Positions 1-12,280 of a DNA stretch of 64,000 nucleotides are shown piece after piece. The stretch lies in assembly GCA_020137815.1 (NCBI GenBank), contig CM035350.1, forward strand, positions 3,534,001-3,598,000. The letters run 5' to 3'. The notes below the pieces were generated by a model, which had not been told where the DNA came from, made no database searches, and saw nothing but the letters and a program-made list of their open reading frames with translations. The stretch is from Hormiphora californensis. Lineage: Eukaryota; Animalia; Ctenophora. A program made the position numbers and the translations under genes. The number at the start of each line of letters is the position of its first letter. Position 1 is the stretch's first letter.

Positions 1-1014
1 ATGTTTGTAGCCATGGACGCCATCGATATTCTTTATGGAACTGTCACTCTCATATCATCCTTGTCGGGGATAATTGGAAATCTCTTCATTCTCCGAACAT
101 TTTTCCGAGAACGTCACCTTCTTTCCAAGAAGATCTTTATTATCATCGCCCTAACGGACATCGTGACGTCACTAACAAGCGCCATTCCTTTTGGAATCAG
201 CAGACTAGCCAACCGGAACCCTGTCCTCTACTCCAGTGTCCTCTTTTGTAACTTCTCTGGACTGGTCTTCAACATAACTTCCCGACTTTCAGTGTTCCTC
301 ATCTCGGTTCTCAGCTGTACCCGGTGTATAGCGATTATCCGGCCTATGCAGCAGTTAAACCATGGAGTTATCCTCGGTGCTATCGCTGTTTACGGGGTGT
401 TACAACTGGTTATCGCTAGTATACCCTTTATTAACAACCAGATTAGGGACGGCTCAGAGGAGGCCCTACTGTACACTTTCAACAATCACTACACAAACTG
501 TGTGTGGAACGTGGAGCTCATCATTCACGCCGAAACCATTCTCTTCCAGGTAGCGGAGTACATCCTCCTCTTCCTCCCCTTCTTCTTTCCCTCCATTGTG
601 GTGCTGACATCCTGTTGTATCTGTGCGGTGTCCCTTGCCAGAGCAGCCGCCCTGAACTGCAGCACAAACAGTTCTCTTATCAAGAGCAAAAACAGGGCCA
701 CCCGGACCATTCTACTAGTTACTTTGTTGTTTGTGGTCCTGAACTTCCCCTATTGGGTGCTCCTCCTTCTATTTTTCATTGAAAAGAACAGTAGTATGCA
801 GATTGTGGAGTACACCAATTCCTACATTATTGGCCTCTTCATCTTCTGCACCAATGTTAGCCCCTATTTGAACGCTGGACTCAATCCCATTCTATACCTG
901 CTGAGGGTTAAAGAGGCGAGGGGTAACTTAGCAACCGGACTCAGAGAACTAAAGGAATTCCCGCGACGGTCCGTTTCTAGAATGCAGGGTGTTCTAACTG
1001 CACAGGAGATATGA
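1..1014 (+). CDS. Intronless rhodopsin-like (class A) GPCR, 337 aa
   Basis: Seven hydrophobic segments; GN in TM1 (IIGNLFIL), LTD in TM2, Cys at start of TM3 (FCNFSG), DRY-equivalent TRC..IIRP, FP in TM6 (LNFPYW), NPxxY in TM7 (LNPILY). The start may be Met1 or Met5. Confidence 0.9.
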   Translation: MFVAMDAIDILYGTVTLISSLSGIIGNLFILRTFFRERHLLSKKIFIIIALTDIVTSLTSAIPFGISRLANRNPVLYSSVLFCNFSGLVFNITSRLSVFLISVLSCTRCIAIIRPMQQLNHGVILGAIAVYGVLQLVIASIPFINNQIRDGSEEALLYTFNNHYTNCVWNVELIIHAETILFQVAEYILLFLPFFFPSIVVLTSCCICAVSLARAAALNCSTNSSLIKSKNRATRTILLVTLLFVVLNFPYWVLLLLFFIEKNSSMQIVEYTNSYIIGLFIFCTNVSPYLNAGLNPILYLLRVKEARGNLATGLRELKEFPRRSVSRMQGVLTAQEI

Positions 1015-1864
1015 TCAACAGACACTGGACATCTTGGATGACACGTGTTTTTAAAAGATGTTTGTGGGCAGTGAACATCTGTAGATTTGTGACCCATGTG
1101 TAAAGGTGCACTATAATTTGTATCCGTGTTTTAAACATGTTTTGATCTCATACTAATATGTAAATGCTGTATTAAAATTTTAATGGTCTTTGCAAGTTTA
1201 AAAAGCTGTGTAATTGTTATTTTTCTAGAAAACCAGTGGAAATCAGTTCCTTCGATATAAAGCCCAGAAATGCAAGAAACATAGCACTCCTCAAACCCAC
1301 TATGACTAAAACTCCAATCCGTGCACGTGCTGCATATAAGGGCTTGCTCAGTAACCCCTCAGTTTGTACGTGTGGAATGCGGATATCGCCACTTCATGTA
1401 CAACTAGAATACCAATTACCATTTTCAGTCAGCTCACGCCCCGCTCACGCACATCTTTTGCAATGTCACGTCCCTGACTTTAGATTGGATTATATGTCAA
1501 ACTGCAGGTTCATTTTCCCTGACGCACGTTTGATTGGATACCAGGAATTCATTCTCAAACTAATCAACCAGCTAGCAGCATGTGATGTCTGGTGCCCGTT
1601 CAGTTTGTTGAGTAAGGGGTTCAGTAGTTTTCCAATCAAATATAGTAGGGTTTGTCAAAGATTCTTATGCACCTCGCCTAGGTGGCTAGGTATGATAAAT
1701 ACCTCTGATTCAGAGGGGCTCTGATTGAACATGATCTTCCCTGAATACGGGCCATATAAGGAAAGGATCGTGCAAAAATACAAAATAGATTGAGGGCAGT
1801 ATAATAATCGATATAAAAGAAACCATATGCACCTACCTGAAAACTGTCAGACCGATTATATATA

Positions 1865-2230
1865 CAGGGTGGCCCAAAAATTATGAGCGCGGGAGACAAG
1901 CCGTACCTCCGAAACGGTGATAGTTGTGCAAAAACAAACTACGGGAACATGCTGGAACAATTCCGTGGTAACTTTTTCCAGGTTATGAGTTTCTTATTCA
2001 AAAGTTCATTTTTCATTCATAAGCTATTTAAACGTTCATTAATAAACCAAGGGCTCTATTTTACTGAGATTGAGCCATTTTGTTTGGGTTGAATTTATCT
2101 TTCCAATGAGCACCATAAAAATCAAATGTTGAAGCACCAGGTCACATATATATGGCAGTTGAGAAAATGCACAGGCATGATTTTGGCTCTTCCTGCGACC
2201 TTCAATCAGCTGTATCACGGCCACCTTTTG
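1865..2230. mobile_element. Tc1/mariner-type MITE with a degenerate right TIR
   Basis: TA|CAGGGTGGCC ... GGCCACCTTTTG|TA. Confidence 0.55.
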
Positions 2231-2335
2231 TAGGGGTATGGGCAGAAGGTTTATGGGCAGGGTATCGGGTAGAATTAGAAAGAACAGCTGGGACCAGCTG
2301 GTAGTGGTACTACTAGTTGTTACGTGGATGTTGCA

Positions 2336-2735
2336 GTTGCTATGTGGAGGTTGTGGTTGCTATGTGGAGGTTGTGGTTGCTATGTGGAGGTTGTGGTTGC
2401 TATGTGAAGGTTTTGGTTGCTATGTGGAGGTTGTGGTTGCTATGTGGAGGTTGTGGTTGCTATGTGGAGGTTGTGGTTGCTATGTGGAGGTTGTGGTTGC
2501 TATGTGGAGATTGTGGTTGCTATGTGGAGGTTGTGGTTGCTATGTGGAGGTTGTGGTTGCTATGTGGAGATTGTGGTTGCTATGTGAAGGTTTTGGTTGC
2601 TATGTGGAGGTTGTGGTTGCTATGTGGAGGTTGTGGTTGCTATGTGGAGATTGTGGTTGCTATGTGGAGGTTGTGGTTGCTATGTGGAGGTTGTGGTTGC
2701 TATGTGGAGGTTGGGGTTGCTATGTGGAGGTTGCT
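2336..2735 (+). repeat. 20-bp minisatellite (TATGTGGAGGTTGTGGTTGC) x ~20, just upstream of the CCDC134 start
   Basis: Direct tandem repeats; they account for the repetitive ORFs at 2238-2855. Confidence 0.97.
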
Positions 2736-2774
2736 ATTTTATACTGCATCATGACGTCAAAGAGGGGGAACCAC

Positions 2775-5470
2775 ATGACATTATTATTGGCATTAGTTCT
2801 TATCGCATATATAACCACCACAGGCTCTTCAGAAATACTAATATCTGATCAGTAAAACGTCAGTATCCCTTTAACTGATCTCATTACAGGCGTCTACAGC
2901 AAGATGTCGTGACCAATATTGGATCCTCTAGAACCAACTTCGGTAAGATCAAGAAGCTTTGGTAGACAGTTTCATGACGTGAATTCGAATACTTTGCCAT
3001 CGTTAAATCGTGCAACTTAACACGTGAATTTATAAATGCTGCAGTGGTCAAGTAGTTTATTAAAACTAAGTTGTGGCGGAATGTTATACAGTCGGACCCC
3101 GATTTAGTGGCATCCTCGGGGGAAAGAAATCCTGCCACTAAATCGGGGTGCCACTAAATCGGGTGAGCCATATTTGGCCCATAAAAACCTATTTTATGCC
3201 CAAAATGCTATACTAAGATTAAAGACACCTCTAACTGTTATATGCAATATTCATGTATTGATTACATGATCATTTCTGATTAGAAAAATTGTGAAAAATT
3301 TTCTAAGTTATACCAGCCCGTCCGATTTGTGTTTCGAATCGGTGCAGCTTCCTGGATGTTCTGTCTAATTAACGGGTTCGAAACGAACTGATACGTGATA
3401 CCATGCCAAATCGGGGCACCCTAAGCGGGTAAGATCAAAATTTCAAAATAACGTTTTCTCTCAAAATTTATGGGAAGCACCGATCAAAGCATTGACAATC
3501 GTACTGTAAAATTTTGCAAAAAAAAGTTGTAAAATTTTTTAGAGGTATACCAGCCACGTCCGAATCGTGTTTCGAATCGGTGAATCTTATCGCATGTCCT
3601 GCTGCTAATTAGACGGTTCGGAACGAATCGAAACGTGATCCCCATCGAATCGAAATTTTGACGCTTGGTGAACTCATGATTCAATGGCCCCATGGGGATC
3701 ACGTATCGGTTCATTCCGAACCGTCTAATTAGCAGCAGGACATGCGATAAGATTCACTGATTCGAAACACGATTCGGACGTGGCTGGTATTCCTTTGAAA
3801 AATCTTCAAAAAAATTTCACGAAAAAAAAATCAAAAAAATTTTTGGGGGAAAAAAATCCTGCCACTAAATCGGGGTGCCACTAAATCGGGGGCCACTCTA
3901 TCGGGGTCCGACTGTAGTTGTTATCAAAACGGGGGTGTTACAGTTTGATGTAGTATTTGTCATAACAATATTCAACTACTTTTTCGCGCTCTTTTCTAAA
4001 ACTAAAAACCAATAATTCTGCATTCCCTCCCTCCCAGGACGCCAGGAGGATATGCTGAAGATGTTGTATGAGGCAATGCACGGTGTATTCATATCAGCTG
4101 ACCTGTCCCTCCAATCCCATTCCTTCACCACATCCTCTCCCTTCCCTACACACAACCAAGATTTACTAGAGTCACTCAGTCTTATCTACGAAAACTGTGC
4201 CCTCTTTTCTGACCTGTACTTGAGGTGAGCAGCCCAATTGTGTTTACTGGAATACTTCCTACCCAGTCTGTTGAAATTTAAACCGGAAATTTGTTAGTGT
4301 AGGGTAAAAGGTGGTCAACTCGGAACGTACATGGACAATTTTAGGAAGCGTTATATAATAATCAGGTTATCTGTTCAAGGGAAAGTCAGTCCGTTGCGCT
4401 GGCAAGCGCAAAGGTGACCCCATCCATCCCCCGAAAAAAATTTCCCCCCAAAAACGGACCGCTTGCTCACAGCGTATATATAGTTATTTCATACTTTTAG
4501 CCCATTTTGGCACTTTTTGACATGCCATAACTCCCGAACCGGAAGAGCTAGGAAGCTGAAATTTTGTACTTATAAGCTTCTTGTAGACCTCTATCGATAG
4601 TAAAAATTTCAAGTGGCTAGCTCTTTTTGTTCAAAAGTTATAACACCACCCCCAAAACAGAAAATTCAGTGTGGGGATAACTAGGTTGATATATATATAT
4701 ATATATATATGTATAGACGCTTTGTTACCATCCGTTTGGTCCCAGTTTGAGACGAACCAGACATCGTACGACCTTAAACCAAGCGGTATTCGACAGATAA
4801 TTGTCTCGTGCATGTACCCATCTGGGTGGCGACTCTCCATCTTACCTATGACGCGCGCAATGACGTCACGAGTGACGTCATTGCGCGAGACCGACTAACT
4901 TTTTTCAAACGCCTCTAGCACCCTGAAGACGTGTTCCGATTTCTGATTTGACGGAAATTCGTTACCGGCAAATCGTCTGAACTTTCAGATACAATATAGC
5001 GAATTTTCGTAGCTTATCATTTTGAGCCCTTAAATCGCGTCGAAAGTCAAAAATTTGACGAAAAATTCAGCAAATTCAACGTTTTTCGAGCAAAAACTCC
5101 CTTTCCTGACCACTGTGGTCAATGAAACTTTACAAGCTCCTTTGGGGTATTGATTCAAAATATATCGTGATGCAATTACGTCGTTACGACGTCACTAATT
5201 ACGTCAAATGACGTCATTACGACGTCTAAAATACGATTTTCACAGAAATTCGTCTCGTTTCTCATATAGCGCATCATTTCGACAATATTACATCATGAAA
5301 TAATCTCATGCTGCGATTAGAAACCAAAAAGGGACCTAAATTAAGCCAAAAACTAATTGAAATTAGTTGGCGGGAAAGGTGACCCACTTACACCTTTGCC
5401 TGCTGCCGGGATCGGGGATATAAGAGGTGAATATAATGGAATAAGACAGTGAAAGAGAGTTTGATAGTGG

Positions 5471-5534
<64 letters not shown>

Positions 5535-8500
5535 GACAGAGAGAGACAGAGAGAGAGTGAAGACAGGGAGGAGAGAGAGGGATAGAACGAGTAGGAATAA
5601 GTTACCCTCGAAAAATAAGAGATTGAGATACCGAGGGATAGAATGAGAGTTCGTGGTGATACCCGGCAGTAGCAAAAGGTGTATGGGTCACCTTTCCCGC
5701 CAACTAATTTCAATTAGTTTTTGGCTTAATATTAATATCAGTAAACGTCAGTATCCCTTTAATATAACTGATCTCATTACAGGCGTCTACAGCAAGATGT
5801 CGTGACCAATATTGGATCCTCTAGAACCAACTTCGGTAAGATCAAGAATCTTATTTGGTAGACAGTTTCATGACGTGAATTCGAATACTTTGCCATCGTT
5901 AAATCGTGCAACTTAACACGTGAATTTATAAATGCTGCAGTGGTCAAGTAGTTTACTAAAACTAAGTTGTGGCGGAATGTTATAGTTGTTATCAAGACGG
6001 GGGTGCCCGATTACAGTTTGATGAAGTAGTTGTCATAACAATATAATTCAACTACTTTTTTATTATCGCGCTCTTTTCTAAACCAAAAAATATCCAATAA
6101 TTCTGCATTCCCCCCCCCCCCCCCCAGGACGCCAGGAGGATATGCTGAAGATGTTGTATGAGGCAATGCACGGTGTTTTCATATCAGCTGACCTGTCCCT
6201 CCAATCCCATTCCTTCACCACATCCTCTCCCTTCCCTACACACAACCAAGATTTACTAGAGTCACTCAGTCTTATCTACGAAAACTGTGCTCTCTTTTCT
6301 GACCTTTATTTGAGGTGAGCAGCCCAATTGTGTTTACTGGAAAGTTGTCAGTGTAGGGTAAAAGTTGCCAAGCTAGACTGCCATAATGGCGCCCCACAAA
6401 AAGGGGTTGAACAAAAGGGGTTGAACAAAACAAGGTAAAAGGTGGTCAACTCGGAACGTGCATGGACAATTTTAGGAAGCATATGTAGTTATCTCGACCA
6501 AAACGCCCTTTTCACGTCATCCGACCGTGTAGTTCATTCTTCGATTCTTTCAAAATTGAGGAAGTATGAGCAATAAGTAACTGCAGGAAGTGAATAAAGG
6601 AATTTACTGGTTATTACATAGTTTAGTGGACTGTGTCCATTGGACACCGGACGTCATATTTTGTTGACAACTGCATGTTTAATACCAAACTTGGTAAAAA
6701 TCTTGGCACCCTTCATTCCGGTTCACCGCCATTTATTTAACCCCCATTTCTTAACCCCCAACATTGCTGATTTCCCTCAATGATCTTTTTTGACGTGTTC
6801 CTAGTCTGTCAGCTCTAACACCAGGTCGAAGGCCCGGTATGAGCTTACGCGAGCCCGAAGGCGCTTAAAGGGTTGAATAGACAGACTGCGTAGCATGGAA
6901 AAAAATCATCCTGGCGGATGTCCTTCAGGAACGGGACAGGGAAAACAAATCATAAAGTCATATACTCCCTTGTTTTGTTCAAACGCGGGGAGGGAGGGTC
7001 GAACAAGGCAAATACTCCCTGCCTCATTTCGTCAATCAATCAGTCTTATTGGTCTCGCCCTAGCTCTTTAGATGTAACTTTACCGGAATTGCTGACAGTT
7101 GATCCCTGAATTCTCTCTTTCTCAATCTATCCATCTCCCTCTAGCTCTCGAGAGTTCTTGGTAATGAAATTACCCCTCCGCAAAAGACTTCGTAACTAAC
7201 GAGAGTTCCCTCTCTCCCTCTTTATACCCTTAAAGGTTGACAGTACAAGATACCTAAAACTTTTCGGCTATCGTATTTTTTCGATTTATTATTAATTTTC
7301 AGCATTTTTTCAGCATTTTTTATCGTCTAGAAATACAGTCGGACCCCGATTTAGTGGCCCCCGATTTAGTGGCACCCCGATTTAGTGGCAGGATTTTTCC
7401 CTCGATATACGAAAATTAACATTATTTGAACCCGATTTAGTGGCACCCCGATTTAGCGGCAGGATTTTCCCCCCTATATACGAAAATTAACATTATTTGA
7501 ACCCGATTTAGTGGCACCCCGATTTAGTGGCAGGATTTTTTCCCCCCGAAATAACACGATATACGAAAAGTTTAAGGTATCTTGTCAACCTTTAATTTAG
7601 AACATCATGAGCACCATCCATAGGGTAGCGACTGGCTATTTGAAACAGTTTTTCACTTTTTTCCCTTGCTTGCCCACAAATCAAGTCGAACCCAAATTTT
7701 TTTGACCTTGTGTTACCGAGACAGTCCCTGGGTAGTTTTTTGGGTGGTTGGAGATGTCTCATGTTGTCTTCCGGGGCCAGGGTCACGTGATATCTATCCA
7801 AATTTGGTGTTTCAATTAGCCCGCCTCGGTCTGCTAATTTGAAACACCCGTATCTCCCTCAATTTCTCCACGAAACCGAAATTTTTGACATGGAATAGTT
7901 AGAAAAGGGTTGTGCAGAGCCATTCCATGTCTGAAATCTGAATTTGTTTGCATGTGCTTGGTGCAGTGAATGTTTCCAAAAAGTGTTTCAAATAGCCAGG
8001 AAAACGGTTTTTGCCCCAAATTCGGCCAATTTTTGGCGGAAATGGTTTACATCATAATTAATATCCTCCCTATGCTCAAAATGAACATCAAAAATTTCCG
8101 ACAGCGGATTTGGAGAAAAGTGTTTCAAATAGCCCTCCGCAGTGTTTCAAATTACCAGAATCGCTTGCCCTGCAGATCATAACATAGCGAAAACCACTGA
8201 ACCCGACTAATTTCGATACGCTGAATCACGTAAGCAACTTTTCCAATCCGTCTGAGGTCGATAAAGTGCCCTAATTGAGTATAATTGGGTCTAATTGACC
8301 TTAATTGTCAAATTTAAAGGCACTTTCCCGACCTCTGAGGGATTGGAAAGGTTGCTACGTGATTCAGCGTATCAAAATTAGTCGGAAAAGTGCCCTCACA
8401 TAAGTATAAATCATTTTCCCGGTGAAAAGTTGTAAATGGGGTAAATTAAGGGCCCAATTATGCTTAATTTGAACATTTTCGATCTGGACGGAGCCCAGAG

Positions 8501-10348
8501 TTCAAAAGCTATTATAATTATTAAGTTCTCATAGTCTTTTTTAAAATAAAAAGGAAATTTTGAATTTTTTATTTAAAAACAAGGATTGTTTTTATTCCAG
8601 AATTAAAAGACGGCATGCTACCTATGGTTGCTTGATCTTCAAGAAAGCTAACATAGCGGCACTGGTTTCAAATGCCAGACATGCGTTTTAATAGTAGACA
8701 TGTTTCCATTGCGGGGTTCAATAGCCGTGGCCCCACCCTTTTTCAAATCCTTGGTTAACCCCCCATACGGTTTGTCCCCCTGTTTTTTCTTTCCCCTATC
8801 GTCTAGAAATATGTGCAAAATTGGGGGTCTACTGATAAATGAAAGGCGACATTTAAAGTGAGAGTGCAGACCTGGTCAGAATTGGACAAGTTTGTTGTAG
8901 GTAGTAGAGAATAGCTCTCTGAGCATTTTGCCTTTTTGCCGCTCAAAATCGACCCACCCATCACTGAGATATTTTTGTTATGTTGGGAGAATTCCTGCTG
9001 GATCAGTATTTACCAAACAGGATAGAAACAATCCTTGTGTTTTACTAAAACATTTTTAATATGCTGGCTTGCATTGCCCTGCTTCTGTGCATGGACATGT
9101 CAACCTCACTGCTTATATTCAGAATGTGTTAGTAAACCACGACGATTGTTTCTATTATGTTTTATACCAACATAACAAAAATATCTCAGTGATGGGTGGG
9201 TCGATTTTGAGCGGCAAAAACGCAAAATGCTCAGAAAGCTAATCTCTACTACCTACAACAAACTTGTCCAATTCTGATTCGGTCCACTCTCACTTTAAAA
9301 ATTGATACTGTAATATCTCCGGTTCCTGAGATACAGAAACCGTCTTATTAACTAAGACCAATCCAACGCAACCAAGATGAAGTTGTTATTTTTTGAGGAA
9401 CCGGAAACATGAATTTCGATTTGCGAGACGCAGTGAGTGTGCCCAGTAAACCCATGCAGTGCTGACAATATCGGTAGACCCCCTATTTCGAATTTTTCTA
9501 GACGACAAAAAATTCTGAAAAATTGCTTAAAACTAATGATAAATCGAAATAAGACGATATACGAAAAGTTTTAGGTATCTTGTCAACCTAATTTAGAATA
9601 TCATGAGCACCATCCACGTATCCTTGTTTTAACTAGACAGGTTACTTCTCTGGTATACCTCCCTCTCTCTACGGTCTCTGTCAACCGCTTCGGTGTCTAC
9701 ACTCTCTTTCTTTCTCTCTCTCTCTCTAACGTTGTCTCATATAAGACCCTCCTCTTCGCACCGGGCCTTCGGCCCGGTGCGGCTACGTGAGGCCGCACAT
9801 CGAGGTTGCGCGATGTACAGTCAGTGTTTGACAACTCTAACGGCAGTTAACAATATTCTGCAGGTACCCTGACCTAACAGAGTCACTATATCCCCGCATT
9901 GGGAAGGGCGGGTTCCGTGGTACCGTCGAGAGGGCAGTCCAGTTCTGTTGGGACCGACAGGATGTCTACAAAGAGGGGAGTGTTCATGGAAAGTTGCTGA
10001 ACCTTGTACTGCAGGAACTCAACCTCATCCCTCGAACACAAGTGCGAACATTTGAATTTGTGATGTGTCCGTTTTAATACAGTTGGTGATGTCAGGGATT
10101 AATTTTACTCCCTTGCTCCCCTTCTTTTTTTGCATGACACTGACAGGCGACAATCTCCCCGCCTCCCGCGCCCTGCTGTTATTGATTATTAAACTGTCTA
10201 ATTGATTATAAACCATATTATTTGTTAGGACTACGTCAACCCTAACCGGCAAGGAGCTGCTGAGGCATCGAGGAAGTTACCTGTACCAAAACAGAAAAAG
10301 AAGCTACCACGAGGACCCGCCCTTAGTAAGGCCAGGTCAGAGTTATGA
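2775..10348 (+). CDS. CCDC134: CCDC134 orthologue (ER-luminal), 204 aa; exons 2775-2851, 2890-2942, 4038-4224 (or 5783-5835 and 6128-6314), 9864-10041, 10229-10348
   Basis: GT-AG exons join in frame (615 nt): signal peptide MTLLLALVLIAYITTTGS, PFP..LLESLSLIYENCALFSDLYLRYP, FC..LLNLVLQELNLI..YVNP, C-terminal RGPALSKARSEL*. These match remembered CCDC134 motifs (ENTAFFGDVVLRFP, LMAQELGI, KGPRISRSQSEL). Confidence 0.88.
3089..3914. mobile_element. Tc1/mariner(pogo)-type MITE with TA TSD
   Basis: TIR CAGTCGGACCCCG...CGGGGTCCGACTG with TA on both sides. The empty site is visible in the duplicated copy (AATGTTATAGTTG, ~5976-5988). Internal ~100-bp inverted repeat at 3547-3790. Confidence 0.93.
5341..5729. 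mobile_element. TTAA-bounded MITE with ~70-bp TIRs and a (GA)n core
   Basis: TTAAGCCAAAAACTAATTGAAATTAGTTGGCGGGAAAGGTGACCC at the left end and its reverse complement at the right end. Confidence 0.85.
5737..6480 (+). repeat. Second copy of the CCDC134 intron1-exon2-intron2-exon3 segment (duplicate of ~2848-4349 without the MITE)
   Basis: Near-identical sequence with intact splice sites. Confidence 0.92.
7234..7591. mobile_element. Kolobok-like MITE (TTAA TSD, AGGTTGAC termini) containing the left end of the CAGTCGGACC MITE; a longer variant of its right part lies at 8797-9589
   Basis: TTAA|AGGTTGAC..AAGATACCTAAAACTTTTCG ... CGAAAAGTTTAAGGTATCTTGTCAACCT|TTAA. Confidence 0.7.
7621..8798. mobile_element. 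Putative hAT-like non-autonomous element
   Basis: TAGGG...CCCTA termini and repeated GTTTCAAATAGCC subterminal motifs; no TSD seen. Confidence 0.45.
8857..9294. mobile_element. Kolobok-like MITE, ~130-bp TIRs, TTAA TSD
   Basis: TTAA|AGTGAGAGTG...CACTCTCACT|TTAA with long inverted arms. Confidence 0.88.
9732..9834. mobile_element. Micro-MITE (TTGTC...GACAA) with 8-bp TSD and an internal CCTTCGG hairpin; second copy at 11218-11285
   Basis: TSD CTCTAACG here and AGAATTGC at the second copy. Confidence 0.8.
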
Positions 10349-12280
10349 GAGTTATTAATAGATGGTCAGTGCGAAATCTTGAACTGAAAACTGCAATTCT
10401 GATATGATTGACATGGGAGAAATTGCTTTCAGACGTTTATTGTTATGTGGTTTAAGCTATTTATAGAGCGAGACTTCTTGTGGGTTTATTTTGCAACAGA
10501 ATGCTTTTTGCAAACTTTTTGCAGACTGATTTATTTATTGGACCGGGTAAATTATTATTTATCAAACATTAAACAACCTAATAAATATTACTTGTAGATG
10601 ATTATCTCTATTATTAGCTATATTTCCCTGCAAGCCTAACCTCATTTCCCTAAAACCATGAATAGACAATGGAACCGGCTTAACAAGTCTCAACATACCC
10701 CTGCACGCCGGGCCGGCACTCCCACTTACATGGATCAAGTGGATCACGCCGGAGGAGAAGTAGGACTTCCCATGCACACTCCTGTCACGCCGGAATCACG
10801 CCGCTTGCACGCCAACACTCCGGCCAAGATGTGCCTTTCAGTGCATAACACAGGCCATTTCTTGGGTATGCTATGTTGTATTCGTGTCTCTCTCTGCTGC
10901 TCTAATCGTGCCCTATCTGGTGTGTCATATCTCGTTAGCCCCCTTGTTAACCCCCTCATTATATACCAAGCTTGTTACCCAACCATAACTCTAACTACCC
11001 CATCCCCACTCAGCAAATGTCATTTCTACTCGCTGCTGTGCTAAAGCCCGCCCCTGACCAACAGAAAACAACTGGATCACGATATCCAACTAGCACGGGG
11101 TTACCTTCGACATCAAATAATCGAGATTCCAGCAGGACAGGATCCCAGCCAGTAATTTTAGGAGGAGTTTCTTCATCTTCCAAATCGAACAAACAGGTTG
11201 GTTAAACCTAGAATTGCTTGTCTCATATGAGACCGTCCTCTTCGCACCGGGCCGTGCTACGCGATGTACAGTCAGTGTCTGACAAAGAATTGCTTAGTGG
11301 TGGATGAAAAGGGAGGGGGGCATGTAAAATGTTTAGCTAGTTATATAGTACATAACGTTCTGCACGCAGTGCAAGCGCGCCATATACGCTCTGCACTGCA
11401 GAGCGTATATGGAGGTGAAATGCACGACAGCGCAGCTGGAGTGCATTTCACACCTATATTGCACGAGTGTAACGAGTGCGATATAGGGTCGCTTGCACAT
11501 GCCGTGCAGGACGTTATTGAGTATATATTCCGCGAGAAAGCACATGACAAGCAAAACAATCATAATTTTGGGTGATTACACACAGAGAGATGTGACAAAA
11601 CAAGGTACAAACTAAGCAAAACTACACAAAAATACACTACTACACCTTTTACACACAAGGGGGCCAAGTTCTGTTAGTTTTAATTAGTGAAAAGAAGAGA
11701 GAGATAAAGAGAGAGATACGAGAGAGGGAGATTGGAATTCTTGGAAATAGTGAACAAAAAAATATGATAAGGGGATAATTAGTGAGAGAAAGAGGGAGAG
11801 TGAGTGTAATTTGACAGACTTTGTGTCGCTTGGCACTGTGTCAGTCATATTCTGTGTGTTTGTGTGTGAATAAGGTGTAAAAACACTGAGGGGACACTGT
11901 TCTTACTTATATCCCGCTACCCCTATATCTGCACGCTCCCGCGGAAGCAGAGTGCATATGGCACCAGTTAGAGATTCCCAGGCATCAGTTCCCGAGCTCG
12001 GCAGTTCCCAAGCTCGGGAAGCAAGTGAGTGCTGACGGTGCGCGTGAGTACTACTTTCCATTCAGTTTACGTGACGCGCAGCAATGTCACATGGTTCACA
12101 CAGAACCATCTGCGTGCCCGGGCATCATGATGGCCGGGCATGCAGGAACGCGCCGTGCCCTGATGCCTGGGATCGTCCCCCGGATATCAGGGTAGCAATC
12201 TGTAACTTGTGCGTATTTCACCGTTCAAATGGTCGCGCGGAGCGGGAGTGATATGTGCACTCGCGGTATATATATGAGGT

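Noticed and set aside
1236-1724. 162-aa ORF downstream of the GPCR
   Set aside because: Non-ATG start, no motifs and no splice support.
2238-2774. ORFs with repeated CGGCGCYVEVVVAMWRLWLL
   Set aside because: Translations of the 20-bp minisatellite; only the part from 2775 is a real exon.
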